A stretch of 64,000 nt of DNA, from assembly GCF_964194025.1 (NCBI RefSeq), contig NC_134481.1, positions 31,062,001 to 31,126,000 of the forward strand, written 5' to 3'. The notes under the pieces are model-generated. The model searched no databases, was not told the origin of the DNA, and saw only the letters and a list, made by a program, of their open reading frames with translations. Position 1 is the first letter of the stretch. Every line of letters begins with the position of its first letter. The position numbers and the translations under genes are program-made. This DNA comes from Convolutriloba macropyga (taxonomy: Eukaryota). This document shows positions 42,933 through 51,326 of this stretch, piece after piece.

Positions 42933-45622
42933 CGAAAAAACCATCAAGTTTTACTTTAGCATCAACGAACTTATTAATTTTCACTTAATTATTAATCATT
43001 CAGTTGTTTCCGCCTCAGAGCAATGACAATTTAAAAAATTGAAAATTAGACACAGGAATAAGTATTTGAAGCTGTGGACAAAAAACAGAGAATTAACAAG
43101 AAAGTATCAAAAGAAGAAAACACAGAAGTTTGGCAATATTTTACAAGAATTACTACTACAAATCAGACTAGAGAAGATAAAAACCACCACAGAAACCAAA
43201 AGTCTTACTTTTCCCCAAAAATTATCAAAAAAATCATTAATATGGGTGCAGATAATCAGTTGCGTGGATGAAAATTAAATTGATAGAAAGAAGTTTTATG
43301 AAAACACCGTACATTAACAAAAATTTTTATTCGCTTAGCGAAAATTCTTTCATGGCAGCGTTTCTCGTCATATTCCAAAATTTCTTCTTTGAGTCGTATG
43401 AAAAGCACAAAAAGCTAATAATAGCCCCTCTCAACCGCCGCTAACAGAGCTATTAAAAATATCTATGAAATGTGCAAGTTTGGAAAAAATGTTTGTTACT
43501 TGCAGCCACCATTTATGTTCGATAAATAAAAGGTTTTAAAATTTTCTTCCAAAAATGATTCAGTTTTTCGGCAGATCTTCAATTAGATCAGTTTTGTATA
43601 TGTCTTTAAAGGATATCGGCCGGCCGAAATTGGCCTAGAAGAAAAAGTAGGGCTGTTTTTCTTGCCTGAGATTATTGGGGGTTAAAATACTAGAATCAAA
43701 ACACGAGGTTTTGAAATTGAGGCTGCATACGCAAGTTTTGTTCTTTCTGTCAGTATGCAGCTGCATGGTTGAATGAATTAGTGAGAGCTGACCTCGAAAA
43801 GTGCTCATCCCTTGCCGAACCTCATGTCTAAATCATCAGTAGGCATTTAAATTAAAGTCCTCCACCATTTTTCAGTATTGGGCAAATCTTAACATAAATT
43901 TTACAAGTCTGACAAGTCATGGTCAAGACTTGACAAACACTTGCAAGTTGATTCCCAAGTCAAAACCAACTTTTCAAAATTTTCGATTCAAAGTTTTGAA
44001 TTTCGAAAATATTAGTAACGTGCCACTATTTCCGGTTTTTTTTTCACCCATTTTCTCGTGGTCATAAAAATTGATACCAAAGTGGCACCAGGTGATACCA
44101 AACAGTACTTTAGAACCTTGGAGACCACAATGGGTCATTTCAAATTTCTATGGGCAATTTTCAGCCGTTTCAGCACACACAAAGATCCCAATTTCAGCAC
44201 ATTAAGCGCATTATTATTAGAGTTATCCGTTGAAAAATGTTTTCTTTCAGCCGCTGTCAGCGAATTTCTAATCTAATTTTCAGCAAAGATCTCGACCGGG
44301 AGTAGTTGCAATGGTATTCGATTTCGTATTGAGGATTTTTTTACGACCGGTTGGAAAAATGGACCATTTCTGACGTTTTTGGGTAATTTTTAATGTTTTC
44401 TGACTGTTTTTGACGTTTTGCCGGTTATTTTTGACAATTTTTTTTGGTAGTTTTTGAAGTCTTTTAAGACTACTTTAGACTAAGTTTTCCCGGCAATTTT
44501 AGACGTTTTTCCGGTTAATTTTGATATTTTTTGGATATCTTTGACTGCCAAAACTTGGATTAAGACTTGCCAGGTCTTGCAAAAGACTTGGATTAAGAAT
44601 TGCAATGTCTTGACCAAGACTTACAGAAGAATGACAAGTCCAAAATGCGTTATGATCATGGCTCTGAATCCTTACTGATACCTAGACCTGATATTAGACT
44701 TGTCCAGTACTCATATTGATTTGGCGTTAAATACGGGAATTTTTAGTGAAAAAGAAAACGAAAATATTGAATTTATGTTAAATTTGCCAGCACATGGAAC
44801 CAATTTGAAAAGCTTGTATCATTTTACTGATGCTTTTCATCTTGATGATTTTGGTTCAAATTTTTGTACTCTTCTTTCGACAATCTTGAAGAATACAAGC
44901 TTCGGCCAAAAAATAAAATTAACTAAAAGTTTGTTCTCTAATATTAGTGCAGAAAAAAATAGGAAATATGGAAGATAACAACGACACAGGTGATGTGTTC
45001 ACAGAACTTGCAAAAACTTTTAAATCAATCTCAGATGAAATCTTTTTCAAGAAAAACTCTCTCAATGAATAATTTTACTTCTCAAATGTTTTATCGCAAA
45101 TCGAACGCAATGCGTAAAATTGGGTATTGACTTATCAGATAAAATAACGATTAATCATGGTGTTCCACAAGGAACTGTGTTATTTGCGGATGACACTAGT
45201 ATTATGTGCAAATTTAAAACTAACGAAAATATTTCACAGAAAATTGAAAAGATATTAAAACAAACAGACAAATACCTGACAAATACCCCTTCAACAATAG
45301 AACAAATTGCCCTCTTCATAAAGGACTTTTAACAAAAAAAACTTGCTTTAAAAATGTTTTAAAAGAGTTTTTGCTCGATCAGCACAAGAAAGTACCCACT
45401 AACAGACAAATAAGAGCCTTCAAATCCTACTTTTACCTATGAGAACGAAGAGCCACAATTTTAAGATTATCATATTGATACCAATACTGATAAATTTATT
45501 TAACATTTTAAAGCATGTAGATATCTAACCTAAGGGTTATATCCTGATTAATTTACATATTTCAACAAAAAATAATTCATGAAAATTTGTCTGCTTTTCG
45601 GATTTGAAATGGATCCTAGGAT

Positions 45623-45694
<72 letters not shown>

Positions 45695-47031
45695 AGATGC
45701 AAAAAAAAATTTCAATTTTTTCAAAAGGTTTTCAGACTTGTCCAACTTGAAGTTTTGACGAAATTATAAAACAAATGATTAGATGCTAAGAGGAATAGAC
45801 TGTGGGTTTTCAACGCGAATAAAAATCTCAGCTGGTATGATTTCTATCTCCCTCAGCTAAATTTAGTTCAACAACCAGTAAACGTTTTTTTTACAGGTGC
45901 CTCAAGCTAAATTTTCCCAGATATTTTAATGCGAAACTTCATTTAAGGATCATTCCTAAAATAGGTGTTATTTGTGACCTGGTTGAAAGCTGCGTTGGCT
46001 GCAGTCACTCCAGACCCACCAGACTCAGCCACAGTAACTACTGCTGTGTGCACTGTAGTCCCTCCATCATAATCCACTAGACAAACGGGAAATTCTTCAG
46101 GGTACCAAATATTAATTACTTGGTTATAAAACTCATGGTTAATTTTGATAATGAAATAAATATACAGAATAACTCAACAACAGTTCAACTCGCGAAACGA
46201 TTCATTTAATTACGACGTCAACATAGCGGCAGTTGGAACCACACACTCAATCTGCTTTTTAGGGCAAAATTAAAAATCCACTCTAAACATTCTAAGTTAC
46301 TTATAGGATGGACACTTGGAAGACACATTGATTGCCTTCAATAAAATCTTATGAGATCCTATATGATAAAAATTGTTATCTTAATTAAGTAATGTGCTTA
46401 GTGCTCAAAAGTATTTACTTGTTAGGAGGGGGGAGGGTGCGGGGGTCAAATCACGCAAAACTACCGTGAAAATGGACCAAAGTATTTGAGTGAACATCCC
46501 TCACTTGCAAGCCTACACGCCTAATAAGCTAGCATCATCTGGTATTAAGCTCTCGAACTTGGGCATCTCTCGTACCTCTTTCTTTCTTTCTTTTCTTCAA
46601 GACTTCATTTTTCTAGTGTACGCCAAGTGCACATTGAACAAGTAGATCTTCTTGTCAATATACGTCAATCCTATCTTATGCATAATTTATGCATTCTTAT
46701 TCATCTTTTGCATAGGTTGTTCTCTCTTAAACTTCTAACAATACCTATTTGACTCACAAGTGTTTGCATCTAACTGCAAAATATCAGATCCAGTAAGAGT
46801 AAATCCAGCAGTCGCTGGCATCGACGCAGCAATTGCGGTTCCGTCCAAATCTTTGCAAACCGAGAAATCCAGCAAATTGACAGCTGCAGTGTTGGTGTCT
46901 TCGTCCATGACAAAGGTGGTTTCTTTCATGATTCCAGGGCACTCTGGTGGGTTGTCGTTAGCTTGGGTTATGGCCAAGGGGATTGAGATAGTTCCCTCTT
47001 TGCCCCTTCCTCTTTCATCGATGCCCGAGAT
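1613..47031 (-). CDS. Multi-exon cadherin-repeat protein (protocadherin/Fat-like or cadherin-related), partial: 17 exons, about 911 codons, 8 full EC repeats
   Basis: Exons with AG/GT boundaries join with consistent phases. The translation has repeated cadherin motifs: NDNPP, DxD (DLD, DAD, DTD), LDYE/VDYE/IDRE/LDYD, DDEPP, NEYNP. One donor (39244/39217) is ambiguous. The 5' and 3' ends were not located. Confidence 0.9.
1983..2364. mobile_element. MITE-like element with about 60-bp imperfect terminal inverted repeats
   Basis: attggccgacagggcgtttagccgacaa... at left; ...ttgtcagctaaacgccctgtcggccaat at right; non-coding interior. Confidence 0.65.
5730..6028 (-). CDS. Cadherin exon: VRVCDANPC...RVNEYNPVF...YFSINSFTGAITLKAPIDR
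   Basis: ttttag acceptor, gtatga donor; overlaps ORF 5696-6022; cadherin motifs. Confidence 0.9.
9056..9275 (-). CDS. Cadherin exon: TLHIDEGTTQNNLATIEAEDLD...IDAETYGTQAVLVG
   Basis: ttttcag acceptor, gtaact donor; AEDLD motif; phases match both neighbouring exons. Confidence 0.88.
10012..10542 (+). repeat. 5' LTR (531 bp)
   Basis: TG...CA ends; differs from the 3' LTR by 2 substitutions and one T indel by my reading. Confidence 0.97.
10078..10160 (+). ncRNA. tRNA-derived Pol III-like cassette in the 5' LTR (not a functional tRNA)
   Basis: A-box-like TCGCCGAGCGG 10085-10095; perfect 9-bp stem GACCTCTGG/CCAGAGGTC 10100-10125; B box GGTTCGAAACCC 10129-10140; T6 10155-10160; acceptor stem poorly paired. 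Confidence 0.75.
10434..13082 (+). CDS. BEL/Pao gag-protease-reverse transcriptase, 5' part of a frameshifted polyprotein; N-terminus appears deleted
   Basis: DUF1759-like LAKFNGNPLQW; knuckles CVLCKSQHPIWRC, CFSCLNGKHSFRTC, CNREGCRSTHNILLH; protease LCDTAC; RT WYLPHHPV, ADIEGMF, FGAKDSP, YMDD. First ATG (10434) lies inside the LTR. Confidence 0.92.
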   Translation: MSRYIVKPYKLSLEFYILFLSRNIQTYLLDTRTRHNIWSTDPDLLTLNKKDLLPDWNLAKFNGNPLQWHEWYGQFKSAIDSQALSDDIKLTYLKTLVVGKAKDAIAEFAYCGKMYRDALKTLKRKFGQPQAVATAHLDKLANYPSIKMHSSDQINHFSTTVSSLVGVFRSLSYDADLQSSSLLNQAVQKLPPNLKESWSLHTVKRDLIRPTMLDFNDWLKERAEGHDRMKTTSFRSKPEDTNSNGAVKTKVSSKVFASNSKSYSVNRQSQSSKNDHAPCVLCKSQHPIWRCQTFKEKTPTQRAKIAAENQLCFSCLNGKHSFRTCPNQRKCNREGCRSTHNILLHGAERIFPASGQNKSADASQPKVNTTKTSTTTVDDASTHGTSSTSGLTSITDVKGLLQVLEVDLEGQSQKCARALVLCDTACSHSWISSELAKRLHLRGTPFNLTVNGINTQETINTEAVQAKVTPIGENTCSPFELLPYVKENLRVGSDKIDIVTLQDKYLHLSVLPPKSYDYANVEMILGQDAYHAIRPLEYFETDSKSSPVAVRLRLGWVLSGPMPSASGLISTSFKAVVEHDSELATQIKSWYDMESYVAVKQVDLRSASDRRAVEILDQSTVHEKGRYFVGMLWSSDEVKLPNNYFSALVQLKSLEKRLSKDPDLRERYAQTIREDLSKKYVVKVQTGEKTEHQPGRKWYLPHHPVMNPNKPGKVRRVLNGASKFQGVSLNKVLLTGPDLLQKLIHTLIRFRQHQIAVSADIEGMFLQVGVLPSDQPALRFLWREDPSKTVEVYQYTRHIFGAKDSPTCANYALQRTARDHEKEYPDAAKAVHEKFYMDDYLDSMESPDEVLKRSRDLVKLLSKGGFKLTKFISNVPGFTRRA
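10545..10562 (+). promoter_or_regulatory. Primer-binding site, probably for tRNA-Tyr
   Basis: TGGTCAACCGACCCGGAT 2 nt after the LTR. Its complement ends ...G72-A73-CCA and resembles the tRNA-Tyr PBS TGGTCCTTCGAGCCGGAT. Confidence 0.75.
13066..15609 (+). CDS. BEL/Pao RT thumb-RNase H-integrase, 3' part of the polyprotein (+1 frame)
   Basis: VLGLKWD, FDPIG, LHVFGDSS, PKLEL, WTDS, NPAD; integrase HHCC, GLDYFGP, SDNGTNF, WERLV. The frame is open from 13066 and stops inside the 3' LTR. Confidence 0.92.
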   Translation, partial: LLEELEDQSVESVRKVIGASMEESSSHVLGLKWDHTKDTLVVSRGTSWDCSKAVTQRLVLSLVAKVFDPIGLVAPFTVTARLLLKNVWRLHGQSWDKRLPNEMTDQFSSWSSELPTLALLTIPRCYFSGPFEHLELHVFGDSSQEVFSAVAFLRALVSPPSENKRTELAFVIGKARVAPMKTLTVPKLELQAILLAARLREEICKALTVPVQNTFMWTDSTTVLQWLNSLDKQPIFVANRVSEILEGTSVDQWHHVASHANPADAGTRGMSSEALQKSSWLHGPQFLRTSDFPFQPNTYVVKNIKLKSHSTEASPSEKTSTLITDVFKSDFSLPFRKFSSYPKLLRILAYCMRLLPRHLAYRSSGKEIVDPEELSAAEQKLQLIIQSESFPIERQQLAQEKQINMKSRIAVYSPFIGPSGLLRSAGRIKRLAEIDFDLKHPIILDGRHPLVLLFLRHMHLKHHHEGIDYLRALIQQRFALLKLRSTLRSIRFSCVLCRKRNATPVQPMMADLPSERLGFQSPPFTNVGLDYFGPFYVTIRRSSEKRWGFLFTCLTTLAVHVEIAHSMDANTCVMGIERFIARRGMPSVIWSDNGTNFVGAEKDLLACLLNWDAKLIASKLAQKGIKWKFNPPASPHHGGVWERLVRSFKRTLYAILDNRRLTDEILHTTFCLVEQTLNNRSLTPVSSDANDFDALTPNHFLLGNRSSCLPSLAPVDDFNHRKRYARAQAYANEIWKRWLKEYVPALNRRPKWRTQPTGMLKTGDLVWIVDDNSPRGHYPLARVSSLRYGNDGIARSAEVQTPNGTLSRPVINLMPVLESSLLGSEDVANANAFKREEITCAFAQIVL
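15531..15542 (+). promoter_or_regulatory. Polypurine tract
   Basis: GGGGTCGGAGGA immediately before the TG of the 3' LTR. Confidence 0.8.
15543..16072 (+). repeat. 3' LTR (530 bp)
   Basis: Direct repeat of 10012-10542, followed by the TSD CTTTT. Confidence 0.97.
15609..15690 (+). ncRNA. tRNA-derived Pol III-like cassette in the 3' LTR
   Basis: A box 15616-15626; B box GGTTCGAATCCC 15660-15671; T5 15686-15690; first base coincides with the G of the pol TAG. Confidence 0.75.
17395..17516 (-). CDS. Cadherin exon: VRVKDLSIHGCPPGLAYNTATVTVTVNDVDDEPPYFTNLP
   Basis: ttag acceptor, gttagt donor; DVDDEPPYF motif. Confidence 0.9.
17813..17941 (-). CDS. Cadherin exon: IAFEQMEPNDFLAIGPNGDIRNRVVLDYEDVTISSNSYEIEIL
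   Basis: tttcag acceptor, gttcgt donor; LDYE motif; phase 0-0. Confidence 0.88.
18338..18438 (-). CDS. Cadherin exon: NGPFSTNEGLSINTLIATLTATDTDSSANHHGQ
   Basis: gtgtag acceptor, gtcagt donor; ATDTD motif. Confidence 0.88.
18614..19051. mobile_element. Non-autonomous DNA transposon (MITE), Merlin-like
   Basis: TIR GGATCTTTTCAACAATTGCC / GGCAATTGTTGAAAAGATCC; exact 8-bp TSD ATATTCAG (18606-18613, 19052-19059). Confidence 0.85.
20274..20437. mobile_element. Short MITE with GGATCTATTCT TIRs (family also at 35763-35924, about 35975-36105 and in the 50937-51326 palindrome)
   Basis: ggatctattct...agaatagatcc; shared core cccccaggcgcacgtgctat...agtaacgtgcta; flanks gaaatctt/gacatgtt match at 6 of 8. 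Confidence 0.75.
22320..22620. repeat. Degenerate about 30-bp minisatellite (ccattaatggt...tctatggcatccaagat)
   Basis: Recurrent ccatt(a/t/c)atgg at about 30-bp spacing; weaker copies continue to about 22970. Confidence 0.65.
23026..23132 (-). CDS. Cadherin exon: FEEFIVTASDSVQTDEFHALFTCVPVNEAVPTFTN
   Basis: ctttag acceptor, gtaaga donor; VTASD and PVNE..P.F motifs. Confidence 0.88.
26402..26520 (-). CDS. Cadherin exon: DAGVTLLQLSAVSCSVSSPDVPCTVDIQAAAIWDFDASV
   Basis: gtttag acceptor, gttagt donor; phase 0-2 bridges the flanking exons; WDFD sits in the LDYE position. Confidence 0.75.
26790..29270 (+). pseudogene. Highly decayed non-LTR (CR1/L2-like LINE) ORF2: APE endonuclease + RT
   Basis: Colinear relic motifs across frames: QNIRS, CLTEIWL, GGGVA, LCGD; QYGCR, FSDLPIGFD, AMPRGSVLGPLLF (28451-28489), LFANDT (28534-28551); many stops and frameshifts. 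Confidence 0.8.
29827..30006 (-). CDS. Cadherin exon: VTYTFTNDNDNPPDC...VVGVLSCYDLDASAGTPTTVAFTL
   Basis: tttag acceptor, gttaga donor; NDNPP and DLD motifs. Confidence 0.9.
30410..30585. mobile_element. Short MITE-like inverted-repeat element
   Basis: ccccc..tacgttatgcac..tcacagacacgtgc at left mirrored by gcacgtgctctgtaactga..tgcacaacgtagaggggg at right. Confidence 0.55.
30615..30733 (-). CDS. Cadherin exon: (G)VIRLVKPVDYESMDSSQLQQTLYITASDRGVPARTDHVQ
   Basis: cttag acceptor, gtatgc donor; VDYE and ASDRGVP motifs. Confidence 0.92.
31105..31225. repeat. About 120-bp imperfect palindrome centred on GCGAAGC
   Basis: aatggttacgtgactctgc...gaaccgcgaagcggttc...gcagagtcacgtaaccatt. Confidence 0.8.
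35606..35716 (-). CDS. Cadherin exon: IATVSCPDADESSTPEGMVRYSMTGGDQFFSIGPQS(G)
   Basis: tttcag acceptor, gtaagc donor; DAD and FSI..SG motifs. Confidence 0.92.
35763..36105. mobile_element. Two adjacent copies of the GGATC-TIR MITE filling most of a 402-bp intron
   Basis: ggatctgttct...agaatagatcc (35763-35924) and a second, more eroded copy with the same core. Confidence 0.7.
36119..36295 (-). CDS. Cadherin exon: LEADFSTTRAYSLKIIATD...QANSNAPVCTALSDTTVPELTAVNT
   Basis: ttgcag acceptor, gtcagg donor; overlaps ORF 36042-36293. Confidence 0.9.
36745..36900 (-). CDS. Cadherin exon: NIAIGSILIGSDALSCSDANSGDTLSYSLSTASSSFQVSSTTGALTVKTGA
   Basis: ccttcag acceptor, gtgcgt donor; LSYSL and FQV..TG motifs. 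Confidence 0.88.
39244..39453 (-). CDS. Cadherin exon: LAECPFDVGLDDGDVTVV...ITEVNKAPVCSPEYFSITIP (3' end 39244 or 39217)
   Basis: catag acceptor; overlaps ORF 39188-39478; donor ambiguous (see findings). Confidence 0.8.
39879..40086 (-). CDS. Cadherin exon: VHTVKVIVKPKNDGPPAW...HGLLAFQMTAC
   Basis: cccag acceptor, gtaagt donor; NDGPP motif. Confidence 0.9.
40255..40450 (+). pseudogene. LINE RT relic
   Basis: SGEPKRSALAAFLFAVYIKD (40262-40321, cf. SGVPQGSVLGPLLFxxYIND) then YADNIK. Confidence 0.55.
43870..44738. mobile_element. Degenerate interspersed element with caagtcttg/caagacttg subrepeats (copies at about 23560-23850 and 60770-61493)
   Basis: Shared blocks cttgcaag.tgattcccaagtcaaaaccaactttt and ttagacttg.ccagtact.atattg..ttggcgttaa.tacg. 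Confidence 0.7.
44985..45290 (+). pseudogene. LINE RT relic with internal deletion
   Basis: VFTELAKTFKSI (cf. FxDLxKAFDxV) and HGVPQGTV joined directly to LFADDT. Confidence 0.65.
45626..45692. repeat. (TA)n microsatellite; shorter one at 42901-42931
   Basis: Perfect AT dinucleotide run. Confidence 0.95.
45979..46076 (-). CDS. Cadherin exon: (L)DYDGGTTVHTAVVTVAESGGSGVTAANAAFNQ
   Basis: gtctag acceptor, gtcaca donor; completes LDYD. Confidence 0.85.
46758..47031 (-). CDS. Cadherin exon (most 5' found): ISGIDERGRG...QANDNPPEC...VCKDLD...LDANT
   Basis: tttag acceptor, gtgagt donor; NDNPP and DLD motifs. Confidence 0.9.
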
Positions 47032-50000
47032 CTAAATTTATCTTTAAAACTTCATTCAATAACTTAAGCAAAACCTAATTGATCAGTTTTTTTTCTTATA
47101 GAATATAGAGACGAAAATTATAAAAATGCAGCTGCAACCGTCCTCGTGTTGAGGTATCAGCGGTGTAGCTTGATTCAGCGCAAAATCCCCGCAAAAAGAG
47201 CGATGATTAAGAGTCCAAGAAGGGGTTTAAAAAATTTTGGGCATTGATAAATCATAATCAAAATTTAGTTGCTTGGATTTTCCGGTTTTTTTCTTCACTT
47301 AGTAACAAATTCATCATTACTAGCCAGTGCCATTTGGTCCACTCTACCTCTTCAGTTCCACAAAATGTATGCTTAAATATGTAAAAAGAGCCTTACATTG
47401 TAGAGCATGGCGTAAAAAGAACGATTTGTCTATCGATCATTCTTTTGTTACGCGACACCAGAATACAAAAAATTACGCTTTTGTGGAATCGGGTGACAAG
47501 ATTTATCTCTTGGATTTCAAAGCGTGCAAAATCATATTTCACAGTTAGGGGCCATCAATCCTCCATTTAGAGGTTTCCAATTAGAAGTCTTCATTCTCCA
47601 TTTCTCATTTGAGCATGCAATTTATACATTCGTATTTGAGTATAAAAAGATATGTTTTTTAGGGTTGGCCTGCTCCAACTTTGGAAGCCTTTGGCCTTTT
47701 GGAGGCAAAAATTTACTCGCAGTGGGCTCCCTATTGTCTTTTATAGTTAAAAATTTAACCCTTATATATCAATATAGCAAACATAGTAAAACTACGCAAT
47801 TTGTATCAGAACGAATCATTTTCTGAATAATCCATTCACACTTAAAAAACTTCAGGTAATTTTGCCTGAACTCTGTTCAGGTCAGTGCAGGTTCAGTGAA
47901 CTTCAGGTGTACAGATTCCTGAAAGGCGCCTAAACTGCTGTTGAGGCATTTTTTTCGCCTGAACTGATGATTCATGTGAGTTACCTGAAACTAGAGTTTG
48001 TGCTCAAAAGTGCATCAAATAATTTTTGCAGCTGTTATAAACCTTGTTACAAAATTCCAAATTCATTTTTTGCTCTCAATAGTGCAACCAGAAAAAAAAT
48101 GCATTTCAAATTGAAATTACGCTGTTTCTGCTTTATTAGGAATGGCGTTAGTTGGTTAAATTAAGTCAAATTAGGTTAAATTAGTCACCGACAATATTGC
48201 TCTTTACTGGGCTGAAAAGGAAATTTACGGAATTAACAAAAATACTTGAAACGATTCAAGTAAATTCAGGTGTTTTTTCAGGTAAATTTACTTGAACTTC
48301 ATTTAAAGTGTGTTTGTGCCATTATTTCTATAGGGACAGAAAGTTTCAGAGCGAAATGTCAAACAACAAAATTGCCTTTTCGCTCTTAAGCAGAAAAAGA
48401 GCGTATCCTTCTCTGTTGGCAGTTCACAAAAGGCCCGTGAAATGAACGGGAAAGGTAAAAAGGACAATTTTTTTGGCAGATAAATCAAAGTTGATTTTCT
48501 TAACAGACTATTTTATTTTAACAACATTCAGACTTGATCATTTTGACGCGGAGTGAGATGATTACTGCTCTAGGTGCCAACTTCTATGTGCAAAAAAGGT
48601 GCACTAAACTTGAGTGGGCATAAATTTATGTCAGCCTTTCACAAGATTTGTTCATTGTACCGCTCCAATATTCTTTGAAATGAAATTAGCAGGAGTTTAT
48701 CCCATAAAATTGGCAAAGCAAGCGTTAAAAATTACATAAAATATCCAGAAAGCATTCTCTAATTTTGTTCAATTGAGCGACCTAAATGTTGAACTGGGTT
48801 TTACAATTGGTTTCCCATTGTCAGTTGGCGAATTCCCATAGCTCATGAATCATTCTGGACGTTAAAAGTTGAAAAGAAGTGAACAGGGGTATTTTCGTTG
48901 AGACTTAACTTACATTCTTACATGTAGTGGATTAAACAAGCCATTTTAACTTTCAGCTCACTTTCTACATAAACTAAATTCTAAAATGAGACAAATGTCA
49001 GAGATTGACAAGATGAGAGGAGAATTGTCGGAGATCACTTAAAGGAGAGGGAAAAGATATCGCAAAAGATAGTTAAGCTCTGTGAGCAGAAAACGCAAAT
49101 AATTGGTTCAATTAAATGTAAAAAAACTTTAAAAAACGAAAGCTGAAGGAGAAGAGAATTCGAAATTTTTGAGTGCAACTAGCTAAAAAAACTGAAACTT
49201 CAGCTAGATTTTTTATCGCATAAGCATATTGCAAAAACTTTCTAAAGAAACGTACGCGCTAAATTTTGTCATAATTGTCACTATTAGCAAATGGCACAAT
49301 TAATAAACTCTACAAGGAAATCAATGCTGCTTCACCCTGAAACTTGACGCTGCCTTGATACTAAGACGGGAAGTTATCTGTATTTGAATTAAACAAAGGC
49401 CAATTCATTAGGGTTCTTACTTGTTGTATGTTGCTTCAAGAAATTGAAAAAAATTGTATCAAAATCCATGAAATAAACAGCACATGGACGTGTCGATACA
49501 GATACGAATCGATGCTGAATCAAGAACACTCTCAAGTTAATTTTCAGGCATTACTTGCAATTAGTTGTTTTTGAAAACCAATCTTTTATGGCTATCTTTC
49601 GCGGAAAAGTATTTTCGGGTAAAGATATGCAAAATCTGGCCGTTTTCAATTTCGAGACTTATATAGCGAAAAAAAACTAGGCACGAAGTTTTTTCAATTA
49701 TGGATTGATACAATTTTCACATTTATTATCAGTGCAATCGAAACACACGGAAGCTTAACATTGAATCAAATTAAATTATGATGATTGTTTAGATTCCACG
49801 TAGCCTGGCGACTCAATTGCGAAATAAATTATATAACAATTTCAATGCAGTTTCAGCGAAATGAATACTTCTACAAATGTTGGTTCGAAAAAATTCATTC
49901 TTTCAATTTTTGTTTTTTTAATGTTTTTTTATGTATTATGTTTTACTGCTTCTCAACAAGCTATAACTGTTGGAGAATTTAGGACTTTTTTAAAAAAGAA

Positions 50001-50936
50001 GATCTACATAAACCGATTGCTGATTTTACTCGGTCGTTTACGACGCATTCTGTTACTACAATACTTTCTGAGTTTCTTTAAAATTTGTTGCAATGCTTTT
50101 AGCATAATTTATGGGACTTTTTGAAATGAATACACTTGAAGGCTTAATCATTACTTAATTAAGGGATCTTGGACTTAACTTCGTAATGGCTATCGTCAAG
50201 TGCTCTGTAACTGCCGTTTGCATAACCTACAGGGGACACAAGTGGAAAATATCCTGAAACTCATTAAAAACATTATCTATCAGACGAAGATTTTTTTTAA
50301 TTCACTTACACCTACGTAATAGACTATTCAGACCTGTCATTAATCAGACAATGTTTTAAGCTACAATATGATATTTAAAAAAAAATTAAAAATCGAAAGC
50401 TCGATTAAAGTTTGCGAGAATTTTTGAAGCCATTAATTTGATATGCCAATTAAACTCTTTTAAATATGCTCTATTGGTCCTCATTACGACGCAGAGCCAT
50501 ACCCCAAAATTTCCTCCTTAGTAAAATTCGCGCGAAAAAAAATACATAAAGTGAACGAAATTAGGAGACGGTCTTCGTATCTTACTTTTCGCAAAAGGGG
50601 CTACGCCATTTTGTGAATTGAGATACTTAAAAATGGCTGACAAATCTTGTAGCACGTTTTGGCTCATTTTAGGTATCAATTTTTGGCGTTAAAAATATCT
50701 CTAATCCGCAGATTAGCCTAATTAAACGCGCGATTTGAGAATGCAAACATGATTTGAAGACTTATTAATTGAGCATCCAAAAAAGATTTGAAGCTTTATT
50801 AATTGAGCAAGCTACAGTTATTTAAAGATTTTAATTTGATTTGAAAGTTGAATTAATGAGACGACGAAACATAATTGTTTTGAATTGTGCTCGTTGTTGT
50901 AAATATCTGTAGGCGTCTGTAAACATCTGCTTCTTC

Positions 50937-51071
50937 ATTTATTGTAATATGGCACGTTTCCAAGTAAAAAAAATAGCACGTGCTCCTGGGGGCGTAAGAG
51001 ACATAAGCCCACTTAGCTGGGGGGATCAAAAAGGAATATATTCGTTTTTTTTCAAAAATTCTTCCATTATG

Positions 51072-51116
<45 letters not shown>

Positions 51117-51156
51117 AAAGTCTTATAAGAAAATGAATTCATTCTTATAAGACTTT

Positions 51157-51188
<32 letters not shown>

Positions 51189-51326
51189 TGCATAATGGAA
51201 GAATTTTTGAAAAAAAAACGAATATATTCTTTTTTGATCCCCCCAGCTTAGTGGGCTTATGTCTCTTACGCCCCCAGGAGCACGTGCTATTTTTTTTACT
51301 TGGAAACTTGCCATATTACAATAAAT
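50937..51326. repeat. 390-bp near-perfect palindrome built from MITE sequence and a (TC)n/(GA)n tract
   Basis: Arms mirror each other around aatgaattcatt (GAATTC at 51135-51140). Confidence 0.93.

Noticed and set aside
47100-50260. Candidate upstream cadherin exons (about 47130, 48800, 49350, 50200)
   Set aside because: No convincing cadherin motif with a compatible phase-0 donor.
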